A stretch of DNA of 64,000 nt from Camelus dromedarius. Taxonomy: Eukaryota. The position numbers and the translations under genes are program-made. The stretch spans positions 622,001 to 686,000 of the forward strand of contig NC_087438.1 in assembly GCF_036321535.1 (NCBI RefSeq). The letters are read 5' to 3'. Under the pieces are notes generated by a model. It was not told where the DNA came from and searched no databases. It saw only the letters and a program-made list of their open reading frames with translations. Positions within the stretch are counted from its first letter, which is position 1; every line of letters begins with the position of its first letter. Below, in pieces: positions 37,241 to 49,712 of the stretch.

Positions 37241-40200
37241 GTCCTCCGATGCCTGTCTGCAATTTTCAGCCCTGGGTCTACAGATACCTTTTTACTGCCC
37301 CCCCCCAATTTGCACAGCAGCCAACACCCATGGGCACACGTCCAGTCGCCCAGCCTGCGCCCACGTTTGCAGGCGCAGCCTTCGCTCATGGGGACATGGC
37401 CCCATGTGGGAGGGGCGAGGGCAGGGCAGCGGGGGCCCCCAGAGGCTGGCCTGCCCTGGCAGCCTTGCGGCGGGTGAGGGACGTCGGCGTGGCCGCCCGG
37501 ACACACACGTCCTCGTGCTTGTTTCCTGCGCGAACCGAGCAGGTGTGGGGCTGGGCAGTGAGGACGGGGGCCGGGCTCACCCAGGGCCTCCGGGGCTGAG
37601 GCCCCGCCCTGCTGTGTGGATTCGACTCTGAGACCAAGTCCTGATTCTCTCTTGGGGGTGTTACAGCTTTTATTTAAAGAAAAGTTTGATGTGTAAAGGG
37701 AGCTGGTACCTCAAAGCCCACCACAGTTACACCCCCCCACCCCCCCAAAAGAGAAGCCGAGCTGGACGTTAAGCAGTAGAGAAGAGAAAGGCTGGACATG
37801 CCCATATGGTGCCCTTTAGGCCGTGCCAGAAATCACCACGCCGGGCCCTTCAGCAGCAGCTCGGAGCCCGCGAGCGGCGGGGCGGTTCCCCCAGGAACAC
37901 GCGGCCGAGAGCCAGGAAGCAGTTCCGCCAAAGGGGCCAGGTTGGCCCCGGGTGGCGGGCATTCTGACTCCAGGGCCGGGGCGGCCTCCCCCTGGACCCT
38001 GGACAGCAGCTCGGGTGTGTCCCCTCGGGACAGGGTCGCCAACCTCGTTCTGATGCGAAAGCACTGATTCAGGCAGGGAAACAGACTTTTCCCTGAAATG
38101 CACCTTGAGCAGAAACTACGACCCGCTCCCCGAACCTCCCTTCAACACGCACGACCTTCAGTGGCACCGTCTGGGCGGGGAGGTGGGCTCCCCCACAGTG
38201 CAGGCCGCCCCGAGCCCATCACGGAAGTGGACCTGGGGAGCCAGCTCTCCATGCATGGAAGCGTCCTTGTGCCTGGCAGAGCAGGGACCGTGGGCAGGAC
38301 CTGAGGACCGTTCTCAGCCTCGTCCCCTTCATGTCCCGGGGCCCCCAGATCCCAAATCATGAAGAAGCCTCGTCCCCTCGAGTATGAGCCTTCTGTCACA
38401 CAGTGTTGTTCTCCAGCCAGAGCATCTCCAAGGCTTGGGGGGCAGCCCTTCACCCCCTAGCACTGAAAACCAAAGTGCACACAGAGACAATAGACACACA
38501 TGGACGCACACACACAGACACACACTCACACAAGTATTCGGAGCTGGCGGCCTGCGCTACAGCCCTCCAGGTACAACTCTGAGGGAGGGTCTGTGGGACT
38601 CTGCTGCCCCACTGCCAGGACAGCCCCAGCGTCAGATCCAGGTGGAAGCAGGGTGAGGGCAGGGAGATGCCTGTGGGCTGTGCTGGGAGCGGGGAGCCAG
38701 GGAAGCCGGGCAGAGGGCGGCCCATAGAGTGGGCAGGAGGAAGCTCTCTGGAGCCCCTCTGCCTCAGGCCCCTGTCCGCTGCTCCCAGGCCTGCAGACCA
38801 GCTCAGGCCAACATCGGGTAGGGGCGTCAGGCTCAGACCAGGCAGGACAGAGGCTCTGAAGGCCCCGGGCTGTGGGTGCTGCTGAGAATCCCAGGGAGAG
38901 CCTGCTGGGTCCTCAGCCGCCTTGCCAGCCCACACCCACCCTTGTCCACGGGCAGCTTTGGGGCTGGTGGTTGAGATGCCCACCCACCCTGGCTGAGGGT
39001 AGTGCCTGACCAGACTGGGTCCCTGGGCTCCCACTGCCCAGATGGACGGGCTGTCTGGGCCCCGTGTCCCCTTGGCCAATGCCAATGGCCTCCCGCAGGC
39101 CCTACAGCCAGGAGGATGTCCCTCCCCGTGGAAGGGACAGGCCACTGTGCACTGGCCCTGAGCCACGGCGCCTGGCCACAGCTCCCACGTCCAGAACCTT
39201 TCACTCAGAGTCTGTTTCAGACGCAGCCCACCCCGGCCACAGAGAGGCGGAGGTGGCCGAGGGGAGTGTGGCACTCAGGATGGGGGGGAACACGGGGGAA
39301 GGGGGGCAGGTGGGGGCCCTGAACCCCCCTGTCGATTCCCCTGAAGGAACTGCACTGGGGATGCTCGCTAGCACCCCTTTCCCGGGCAGAGTGGGAGGAA
39401 GACGGTTCACCAGGCCCATCCCCCGGCCACCACCCCCACCCCCAGGCACTCGTGACACCGTCACCACACAGAGCCCGGCCTCTCTTCTGAGACGGAGGCT
39501 CTGCAGGTGCCCCCTGCCGCCCTCAGCCCCGCTCCTGTCTGCTCACAGCTCAGGGGCTGCAGGGCGGTGGTCACACCTGGAGACAGCAGCTCCCGCCTCC
39601 CCTGGGTGAAGAAGCCACCGGCGGCTCCTGTCCCAGCACAAAATCTCGGCACCTCCGCGGAGCGCACAGAGGTGGCTCTGAAGCGCAGCATCAGGCCCGG
39701 TGTGTGCCGCCGGCTTGCGGAGCCGGGCATGCGGGGTGATGGCCACCAGAGTTGGTGGACACCCTGTCTGAGGCAGAGGGAAGGGAGAGCCCACCGCTGG
39801 CCAGCGCAGCCAAACCAGACTCCCCCCAGGGAGCGGGGGCCACGCCTGTGACCAGACGTGCTGGGGTCCCCTCTGGGTCGGGAGCGGCAGGAGCCCAGGA
39901 GGGCTGACACAGCCTCCGCTCGGCCACCGACACACACCCGAGTGTGAGAGGGAGACAGGACGGCATCCCACCGCTCCGCTTCCTGGCTGCCCCCCAGGGC
40001 GTGCCGACAGAACCTGCGTTTGCTTTTGTAAACTTAGGCTGCATGGTCTTCACAGCAGCGTCAGACACTAGGTCTTTTGTTCTCATGGAGTGGGGATGAC
40101 AGAAAACCACTGATTGATCCTTGCTGGCTGGGTGCCCCTGCAACTCCCGCACCACTGGAGCCCATGGCCGACTGGCATTGGCTCAGCACAGTTTCCACAC

Positions 40201-41739
40201 TGGAGGCTGGGAGTGGAGGGCAGGGTGGGGTGGCCCACATCCTGCCTGGGTCCTCTGGCCCCAAGTGAGGGCAGGGGAGGGAGGGAGGAGGAGGACGGAC
40301 CCTGGACAGCTGGCCCACGAGAAGAGGGGAATGGGTATGGGCAATTCTAGGGTCAGGTGGATCCCTGGCCCCGAACAGCCTGCTTTCTCCCCCACGCAGC
40401 GTCACGTACCCTGGGCAACACCCTCTTCTCCCCCATCGGGAGAGGATGAAGAGGCCAAGAACCAAACAGGGGGCTTCCCCGGGGCAAAGGCCAGCACCGT
40501 GGGCACCGTGGGCAGGCACAGAAGATGGGCCAGAAAGGGCCACAGGTGCAAGGAGGCCCGGCGGGTCAGCCTGACCCAGGGCTGTCCCCACGGCCAGGCT
40601 CTGCTGGCAGAAGAGCAGCCCCACGCAAGAGGGTGCCCACTGGGAGGCCAGCTGAGAGGCAAGGCTGAGGCCCGTGGAGGCCCCAGTTTCCGTGGGGAGG
40701 CCCGTGGGGGCCCAGCCAGCCCAGCCTGAGGTCAGTGGGGAGCCTGGACTGGGGCCCTCAGGGTCCAGGAGAACCGGCACCGCTCACTGTGCTGGCCACA
40801 GTCAGCAAGACCCCTCCGCTGAGTGCTGCTCTCGCTGGGACACCCTTTGTCAAAGACACTTCCCCTAGAACGGATTGGATGCTGGCACAACACCCCAGAA
40901 ATAACTAAATAATGAGTTGCTCTGACTCATACTAATTGACGACCTGTGGAAATCAGCTGCTCACAGAGAAACAGAAAAGCACCTGTTCCCGGGTCTGCGC
41001 GGTGTCCGAGGTGCCGTGGGGAGGGTCCCCTCGGCTCTGGGGTTAAGACCACAGGCCACACATCAGGTGCCGCACACCCCCCTCCTGGAGCCCACGAAAT
41101 GGCTCCCGGGGCCAAGAGGGTGACCTGAGAACCAGCGGCCACTGAGTGACCAGTGTTGGGTCCACACCTGACTCTGGCCTCAGAGCAGGTCTGATGGAGG
41201 CGCGTGCCCCCGCGCCATCACGCTGACCAGAGTTCTCAAGACCGAAGGTGAGTGGCAGGTGGTTCAGTGATTAAAGGCAGGGATGGGGCACAGGGAAAGG
41301 ACACAACCCAAGGGACTGGCCGGAGGGTGGTGCAGTTACACAAGCACAGCTGTGACCCAGGCCTCACTGACCAGAAGGCCAAGTGGCGCCAGCCTGACAG
41401 GAGGAGCCGGCGCTTCCTTGGTGGTCTCCAAGCTCCCCCCACCCCCCACACCCAATGTGACTTGGGCTGGGCTCTGCACTCCAGGAGCAATGAGGTCAGA
41501 GGGTGCCCCGGGGGCTGGCACCAGCCAGTCCCAGCAGACAATGACCCAGGACTCACAGTCCTGTCCAAGCCTCGCCAGAGGGGGACCAGTGATGGGGGCA
41601 TCTGGCCAAGGTCCCCGGGAGGAGAGCCTGGAGGGCCCTGGGGCAGCAGCTCGACACCAGCTCCACCACGCAGTGACACTCGGCTATCCCCAAAGCCAGC
41701 ACCTCAGCAGCCCTTCAGCCTGACCAGCGGCCACCAGCC

Positions 41740-42330
41740 ACTGCCCGCCTCCCACCGGGCCCCGGACGCGGAGGACGAGCATCCCCGAGGGGACGGTCCG
41801 CACCTACCGTAGCGGCTCGGCTCGCGGCAGTAGTGCAGGATGGGCAGCGCGTCCATCCCCAGCGGCTGCGGAGAGGCTGCGAGGTCCGAGTCGGGGGCTC
41901 GGCCGGAGCCGGAGCTCTGGCTGCCGCCGCCCCCAGGCCTGGGCCCTGCGTCCTTTGCCCCGCCGGCCGCGGGTGTCACCACGAAGCGCTGGGACATGGT
42001 AGCCCGAGCGCCGCGAAGGCTGCGGGATGGGAGCCAGCTGGCCGCGGGCGGGGCCCCAGGCGTGGGAGTGGGGGGAGGGAGGGGGCGGGCAGATGCGGGG
42101 GCGGGGCCGGGAGGACGGGGCGGGGTGGGGTAGGGAGGCGCGAGGCTGGAGGGGCGGGGAGGGGCGGGGCGGGCACCGGGGGAAGAGGGTGGACGGCCTC
42201 GAGCCGGCAGGGACCTGGGAGCGAGCGAGGACGTCGGGGAGCGGCGAGGGGACAGCCAGGGGAGCGGCCAGGGCGCGGGCAGCAGAGAAAGTCATGCGGC
42301 GGCCGGGTAGAGGCAGTGGCCCACCTTCGC
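41740..42330 (-). promoter_or_regulatory. Second CpG island / GC-box promoter upstream of the alternative SLC12A7 exon
   Basis: High CpG density; multiple ggggcgggg Sp1/KLF boxes at ~42095-42175 immediately 5' (minus sense) of the ATG. Boundaries approximate. Confidence 0.75.
41808..41997 (-). CDS. SLC12A7: Candidate alternative upstream first coding exon of SLC12A7 (RFxV-containing N-terminus)
   Basis: accATG at 41997; MSQRFVVTPAAGGAKDAGPRPGGGGSQSSGSGRAPDSDLAASPQPLGMDALPILHYCREPSRY(G). Donor G|GTAGGT at 41807-41802; 190 nt = phase 1, compatible with exon 2. Lies in its own CpG island. Confidence 0.8.
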
Positions 42331-42919
42331 GAGTTCTCCTGCCCACCATGAGACACAGAAGCCTTGAGTGCCCCTTCAGAAAAGCACAGCCTGGGGTCTC
42401 CTTGCAAGACCTTGGAGGGCCCACCCCCGGCGCCAGAAGTCAGAGCACCACGCCCTGGTCTGGGGAAGGGACAGGCCAGGGACGCTGGAGACCTGTCTTT
42501 GGTGTGGGGAGGGCGACCACCCCCAGTGCCAGACACTGAGGGTACCCACAGAGATTCCCAGAGTGAACTGAGGGGAGGCCTCCAGTGGGGAGGGTCTGAG
42601 GGAGGGAACCTGGCCTGGCATGGCCACCCCCCTGCTCCCCACCAACTTTGGCCTCATGGCAGCCAGGGGTCCGGCCATTCAGCCCAGGAGGTCAGGTAGA
42701 TGGCTTCCCTGGAACTTCTACCTGGAAACAAGCCCCTGGAGGGCACAGGGCCCAGGGCAGAGGCGGGGGTGGGGAGGCAGGAGGAACTGGGCAGAACCAG
42801 CCCACTCTGTTCTCCAGGCACCCCAGGCGCTCTCCAGTTTGCGTTCCCTCCGAGGCTCAGGTCAGTATTGCCACCACCTCACATTCATTTGTGTTGCACT
42901 TAGCAAGACTCAGTGTGTT

Positions 42920-43170
42920 TTTCACATTCATTCATTCGTTCAGTGAATGTTTATTAGTGCCTAGAAATGCCAGGCCTGTGGATGGCAAAAGACAGAAACC
43001 CCTGCTTCTTTGAAGCATGCATTCTAGAGGAGCAGCAGAGATAAGAACTCTGAGTAAGAGGCAAACAAAGAGGAGTCTGGTGGGGGGGCGGATTTTAAAC
43101 GGGATGTCTGGAGCAGTGCTGGGAGAAGATGATATTCAAGCAATAACTTAAAGGAGGTAGGTGTCAGCTG
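42920..43170 (-). mobile_element. L2 3' end fragment
   Basis: attcattcattcgttcagtgaatgtttattagtgcc...tgccaggc; typical antisense L2 tail. Confidence 0.7.
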
Positions 43171-43189
43171 TGTATGGTTTCCATTCACT

Positions 43190-43375
43190 CCCCTCATGAT
43201 CCATGATGGCTGCTTCTGGTCCAGCCATCACATTTGTATTCCAGCAGGGGAGGGAGGAAACCGTGGAAGGGCAATGAGCACCCCTCCCAAGAACATGACC
43301 CAGAAGTTGCACACAGCACCTTTGCTTAACGCATTAGCCGGAACTTTGTCATGTGACTACACCCGCCTGTTAAGA
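43190..43375. mobile_element. Old MaLR (MLT1J/K-like) fragment
   Basis: atggctgc...ccagccatcacat...ttccagcagg...cattagccggaact...tcatgtgac pattern. Confidence 0.5.
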
Positions 43376-45879
43376 AGACAGGAACTGTGCCTGCCAGTGT
43401 TTGGTGTCTCTGGTAATGAGGAGGAGTGAGAGGTTAGGTATTAGAGGCACGTTGAGCACAGGAGGAGAGTTCAGGGGCTTTGGACGGTGAAGCCTCCTTT
43501 CTTGCACCCAGCCTCTCATCACCCCCACCTCCCTTCACATGGGAGCAGCAGGGACAGTCAGGCCTGAGTTCTCACACGTGCAGGCACACCTGGCCGCCCC
43601 CTCTTATTCCTGCACAACCTTCTTGGGCTCTTCAGCTTCCACAGGTCTCCAGTTCTTCATGATTCATGGGGACCTGCCCCCCCCCCCACTATCCCAGTCT
43701 TCAATATTCTCTCCCCTCTCCATTAATTTTTTTTCTCAAGATGAATGTTGGAATCATTTTGGAAAGTTTTCCCCCAAGTACTTTTATGTTTTGATCAAAA
43801 GGCATTCAATTTAAAAGTAAATTTGCTGGAAACATGTCTTTCTGGTGTCAGTGCTTTCTACCCTGCTCCCACACGGCTTTCTCGTTAAGTTAATTCATAT
43901 GCATTCACATTTTTTGTTACTAATGTAAGGGGTCTTGCAACTATACTGAAATATAAAAACAAAAACAAAACAAACATTATGGGCTGTTGTGTATTTATTT
44001 TGTAACCTGCCACCTCCCAGAACTCTCAATTCTACTACTCACTTGTTTTTCCAGTTCAGCCTCTGAGGTTTTGCAGGGGAATCTTTTTACCTGTAAAGGA
44101 CGATAGCTTTGTCTTTCTTTGTTTTCATTCCTCCCTTTGTTCTTGTTTTGGGATTTTCGAGAAATTCCAGGGCAAGGTGAAATCACATGTTGGCTAGAGC
44201 TCCTTGTCTGGTCAGAACTGAGATGGAAACCGCCCTGGTGGTCGCTGTCAGTCACCGGAAGCCCCCCAAGCCGCTGAAAGGCCACCAGCCCCGCTCGGCC
44301 CTGAGTGCCAGCCTTCGGACCCGGCGGCCACTGTGGGCCGGCTTGACCAAGGAGGTCTGGAGCGAGGCTTCGGGGAGGCTCCGCAGCGCTTGGCCCTCAA
44401 GCCTGTTCCTCCCTCTGTCTAGGTGCCATCAGGGGAGGGTCCCTCCCAGCCTGGGCTTGTGTTTCCAGCTTTCCCTCTGCAACGCCCACCAGAGCCTCTC
44501 GCCTGGATGACCTAGAATTCCGGACCACTCTGGAAGTGCATGGAAACCACTGGCCATGCCGACCTCGGCCAGTGGACCTCGGACGAATGGGCTTGCTGCA
44601 TCCACCATCCTCTCGGTGCCACGTGGGCAGTGGCCGCATGGCCTAATCTGAGAGGTCCTTGGCCAGGGCCCCTCACCCTGTCCTGGTGGTGTGGGTGGGA
44701 CCATGTGACTCCAGAGCCTGCCTGCATAGCAGCAAGAGAGAAAAAATGGAAAATATTGATTTTTTCTTTAAAATGTTTGAAACAGAAAAATACAGCCTGG
44801 CCCACGTAAGTTCCCTCGTGCCTGGTGAGAGAGAAGTGAAGAATGGAGGGCAGAGTGATGGCGGCGGGGGGACACCCAGCGCGAGAGACACGCCGGGGCA
44901 CAGGAGGCAGCCCTGGGGCAGGGCATGGGGCTGGGGTTGGAGGAGGAGGGTGAGCTAGCTGGCGTCCCGTTTCCCTCCTCTCTGGTTCACTGAGTCTGCT
45001 GCCGTCCCGCGACCTCCTCCTTTATACTCCTTTCTACTGTCGTGGTCTGGATACTCAGTTTTAAAAACTTGATCTGCATTATGTCTTGGTAAATAAAGAA
45101 AAGATTGAAGACCACACTTTTACTCTGAAAATACATTTGGCCTCATCTCTCAGGTTGATCTTTTCTGGGTACCTTCTCAGTGTCACTGTTTTATATGCCA
45201 CCTCGGAGTCACAAGCTGCCAGTGGGTCTCCTGGCGGGATGGGGCAGTGAGGAGGCCGTGTGGCGAGGGGTCCACGCTATGGACCGGCCGCCAATGCGGG
45301 AGCCGGCAGTGTCACAGGCTCTCCCCGGCTGCACTGCAAGGGTCTGGACGTGCATGAAGCAGACAGCCTGACCTACCACCACACGGCCCATCCACCCACA
45401 ACCCAGCCGTCAGAGGGTTTCAGCAGCAAGTGTTCAGATTCCCTTTCATCTGGTAAACCCAGCTCCTCTGCTGCATCCCTGCGTCCTGGTGGACACAACA
45501 TTGGTGCCCTCAAACGCCTGGCTGGAGGCGGATCTTCCGGGGGACACAGACCTGAGCCCACCTTGTGAGGAAAGCACCGTCCTCCTGTGAGGGGCCCCAC
45601 CACACGCCTGGCAGGGAGTGGAGGGGGTGCCTGCGTCCTCGTGCTCTGAGGACAGAGCTCGGATCCCGTTGCAGTGAAAGTTCTCTCTGTTCTGTAGCTG
45701 TCTTTTTAATGCTGCCCACCCCACTGCACCCCACTGTGTTCTGGGGGACAGGCCAGGTCAAGGGGTCCCAGCTGGCAGGACAGTGAGGCCTTGGCCTCTC
45801 CCCGCCCCCAGCCCCTCAGTCCAGTCTTTTGAGCCCAGGAGCCAGGAGCCACCTCCTTCTCTCACTAATACTCAGGCGA

Positions 45880-46085
45880 GTTCACGAAGGAGTGAACATT
45901 ACATTATGACAGACTTGAGTTAATAACGATGTATCAGTGTTGGCTCGTCAGTTGTAACAAACTAAGGCAAGGTGTTCCTAGCGGAGAAACCACGTAGCGA
46001 GGAGAGGAGGCGTACGGGGGCTGCTTGTACCCGCCACCGGTGTTCTCTGCAAGCCTAGACCTGCTGTAAGAGAATTAAGTCCGTA
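45880..46085 (+). mobile_element. L1MC-like 3' UTR fragment
   Basis: gttaataacgatgtatcagtgttggctcgtcagttgtaacaaa...tgcaagcctagacctgct. Confidence 0.6.
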
Positions 46086-46171
46086 AGTTTAAAACATCAA
46101 GGGGATGGGAAAGCGCTACATTCTGTAAGACACTGAAGCGCGCCAGCTGGCTACGACGTCCTGGGAGATTC

Positions 46172-46335
46172 ATATTTTTTCTCAATCCGTTTATTGAGAT
46201 GTAACTGACACACAGCCCTGCATGTTTCAGGTGTGCAGCATAATGAGCTGATTTACATGCATCATGAAATGAGGACCACGACAAGTTTAGTGAACACCCA
46301 TCATCTCATGTAGGTACAAAATGAAGAAATGGCAA
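46172..46335 (-). mobile_element. L1 3' terminal fragment (L1MA9-like)
   Basis: tttattgagatgtaactgacac...aagtttagtgaacacccatcatctcat. Confidence 0.6.
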
Positions 46336-49300
46336 ACGTGTGACCCGTTGGTAACCAAGGGGAGGCAGGGACTGCCAAGAGGAGCAGGAAGACAGGCTTC
46401 CTTCGTGACTCCAGACTTTGAGAGGCAGCGACCACCTTGTCTGCTGAAGGTGAAGGATCCCTTTGGCCGGCTGCTCCCTGTGAGTCTATGGAAGGCTTGG
46501 TTCCTGTCTGCAGCACTGAGACGTTGCCTGGAGAGGGACAGGCTCAGGGTTGGGCTTGTTACGGGAATGGCCCTGCCCTTGGGAAAAGGGGGCCCCTCCG
46601 GCTGCAGGACACAGAGCCCTGACGGGGAGGTCGGTGCCTCCAACCCCGGGCAGGGGCACCGGCTGAGCGGTCCTTCCTGCCTCAGGACTCACCTCCCCGC
46701 AGCCAGGAAGGGCAGAGAACCACAGCGGCCACCCCATCCCCAGCCCTGGAGGTCGGGCTGCCTCCTGGGCCCTGGAGCACGAGGGCCACGTTCCAGCCAA
46801 GCTGGCCAGCCTGGTCCTCTGTTGCTGACCATCAGGAGTCTAAGGGAGAGCAGCGGTGAGGGGGGTTTGGGTGAGGCTGGGGGTGGGGGTGTGATGGCTG
46901 GTGCTGGATGTGTGCTGAGCTGTGACGCTGGCCAGGGAGTGATTTTGCTGAAGACTGAGGAGGTGACGGGGGGCTCAGGAGGAGTCAGAAAGATGATTCC
47001 TGACTTGAGGGTCCTCACTGTGCCAAGAAGGAGGGGAAGTAGGGCTGGACCTGTACATGCAGGGCCACAGCAGGTGCCTCCCAGAGTCCGCAGGAGCTAG
47101 TCCCCAGGGGGAGCTAGTTTTCTTTTGGGGTCACTCTCCCACCTTTAGAATGTTCTCTTCAGGTTCTGAACCTTTCCGGTGGGTCCTGCCAGCCCAGCAC
47201 ACCTCTCTGGGATGAGGCAGCCGCCTGTGGCCCTGGTTCTCCCAGTGGGCCCTTCTGTTCTATTTCCTGCTTTGCTCCAGCACATGAGATGGTGTGCAGT
47301 GCCTCTGACGCTCAGAAATTAGCGTGCAGTGATGGGTGGGTGGATGACGGAGAAACAGAGGGGTGAACGGATGCAGGGAAGATGGATTGTCGATGGATGG
47401 AGGGGTGGATGGATGATGGGTGGAAGAATAAATGCCTGGAGCCTTCTTTCTAGCACAGCTGGCACTCAGAAAACCTAATTTTCATCCTTCTTTTCTTCTA
47501 GAAAGTGTCAAAATGGTTTTGGTTTGCCCTGGACCCTGATGGCTATTTGGCTTAAGCTCTGCCTCTCTACCTTGAATTGTGTGCTGAGATCAGGCAGTGT
47601 AACTGCCCTCAAGGAGTTTAGATGAAGAGAGGGAGAAAGAGAGCAGTCAGGAACCAGGCCCACGGGAGGCGGGGTGTGGGCAGGGGCACGTAGGGGAGAT
47701 GCCAGGCCTGGTCCCAGGGATGGTGGGCGACCCTGAGGCTGCTGCGATTTTCTCTGAGCAGGGCTAGGGAGATGGAGCAGGAGGGGCCGGTTGTAGTGGG
47801 GGGTGGCCTCGCTGCCCTCCCCTCCGCGGTCATCCCCTCCCATCATTCTGCCCTTCTGGGGAAGCCCGGGTTTGTCCTGGCTGCTCCCTCTCTGGAAGGA
47901 CTTCAGCAGGTGGCGAGGCTCTGAGCCCATCCCTGCAGCTAACCCCCCCCCCCCCCGCTTTTGCTGGGCAGTGAGCTGGGGGTGGGGGTAGGTGTGAGGG
48001 TGAGGGTTGGGAGAAAAGGAACATTTCTGAGAATGATTTCTGCAGGGCCAGGCAAGGAGGTCGCAGCTGGAGAGGCACTTTCCTCCTCAGGCCCGGGCAG
48101 GGGTCTGGGACTTACCCCTGGGCATGGGGTCTGTCTGCTTGCTAGTCTGTGGCCAGTGCAGTTAGAGGTGGCCCCGGTCCAGTGTCCAGTGCTGTGGGGG
48201 TCGGATCAGCCTCAGACAGGCCTGCCTGGTTCTAGATCAGTGTCTGGGGATGAGGGGTCAGGGTGCTCAGGACCCTCCATGGTGGACCCATGTGCCTCCC
48301 CGACCTGGAAACCCCAGTCTTCCTCTGACCACGTTGTGCCCAGGTCATCGAGTCAGTTGTCAGCCTTGGGACCCTCCCTGCAGTGAGACCTGCCCCACTT
48401 TGGACGTGTAAACACGGAAACTTGGGCCACCCGACCTGCGGCCGCGCTCAGCACCGCGACCTGATCCCTTGGGCTCCTCCAGCCCCTCCTCACTCCCTTG
48501 GAGGGTCAGGTTTCCTGGGCTGGGCGGCTCAGCCTGCTCAAGCGGCAGAAGCCCGGGGTGACCCTGGCCCTGAGCCTCCCTGAGGTCACTCCCGTGGCTT
48601 GGGGGTACGTGGTGCGCTGCAGCCTGTGACCCTCAAGCCTCAAGGGACAGCAGACACCAGTTGGCTCTGCCTCCCGTGCTGAGTGGCCGGGCACTGCCCG
48701 CAGGTGGGCAGTCTGAGTCTCAAAGTCTCCTCACGTCACAGACAGCCTGCTCTTTGAGAAGGTCTAAGACAGAATGTACCTAGTGCACGATCCATACTTT
48801 CTCACCGTCTGTCCATCCGTCCGTCCATCTGCAGCACAAGGCCTGCAGAGAATGGGATGGGGCACACAGGCCTGGGGACACTAGTGGGAGCCCCTGTGGT
48901 GGCTCTTCTGAGGGGCCTGCTGTCAGGAAAGCGGAGGGTGAGTAAGGCGCCAGAAGCAGGGCAAAGTCGTGGTAGGCAGTACATAGGGAAGGGCGCGTGG
49001 GGCCCACATTCCCGTCAGGCCAAAGATGGGGGTTCAGAGCAGATGGGAGAGATGCTGAAACAACTGAAATGACCAGACCCAGGTGCTTCCTTTTCTCTGC
49101 TCAGGTGGTGCTGTCTCACACCCTGGGCCCCTCCCCAGCTTCACGGGGCAGGTGGTCCCCGAGGCTCCTGGCCTCTCTCCTACTTGGCCTTCAGTTGGCT
49201 TCACGGAGAAAAGCACCCCCCACTGTCGTCCGGGCTGGGGGCCACACCCGATGGACGTGCCTGACGCCGTCTTTGTAGAATCCCCCAGAGGCACAAACGT

Positions 49301-49644
49301 TGCAACTTACAAATGAGGATACAGGCTCGGAGCAGGTGACAACTTCCCTGGCTCCCAGCTGGTGGGTGTTGAGCCTGCATCCCCAACCACGAGGCTCTGC
49401 ATCAGGTCCCGCCGCCCAGGCGTCTGCTGGGGTCTGAGTCCCCTCCCCGTGGCCCTTGGCATCACTTTTCAAGAGTCCTCCCCTCAAACAGCCTGGCTTA
49501 GACGTGCCTGCTTTGGGGCTGCCAGGCCTGGGGGGGGTGGCGTCTGTGAGCCCCCAGCCCCGCACAGGGCAGGAGCTGCACTGTCTCCCTCTTTTTGCAA
49601 TGACAGGCTCCCCCCGTGGGGCTGACTGGGGGGGTTTACGAGGA

Positions 49645-49712
49645 TGTATGTGTGTGTGTGTGTGAGTGTGTGAGACAGTGTGTGTGCGTGCGTGTGTGTG
49701 TGTGTGTGTGAG
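49645..49712. repeat. Interrupted (TG)n microsatellite
   Basis: Directly visible. Confidence 0.93.
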
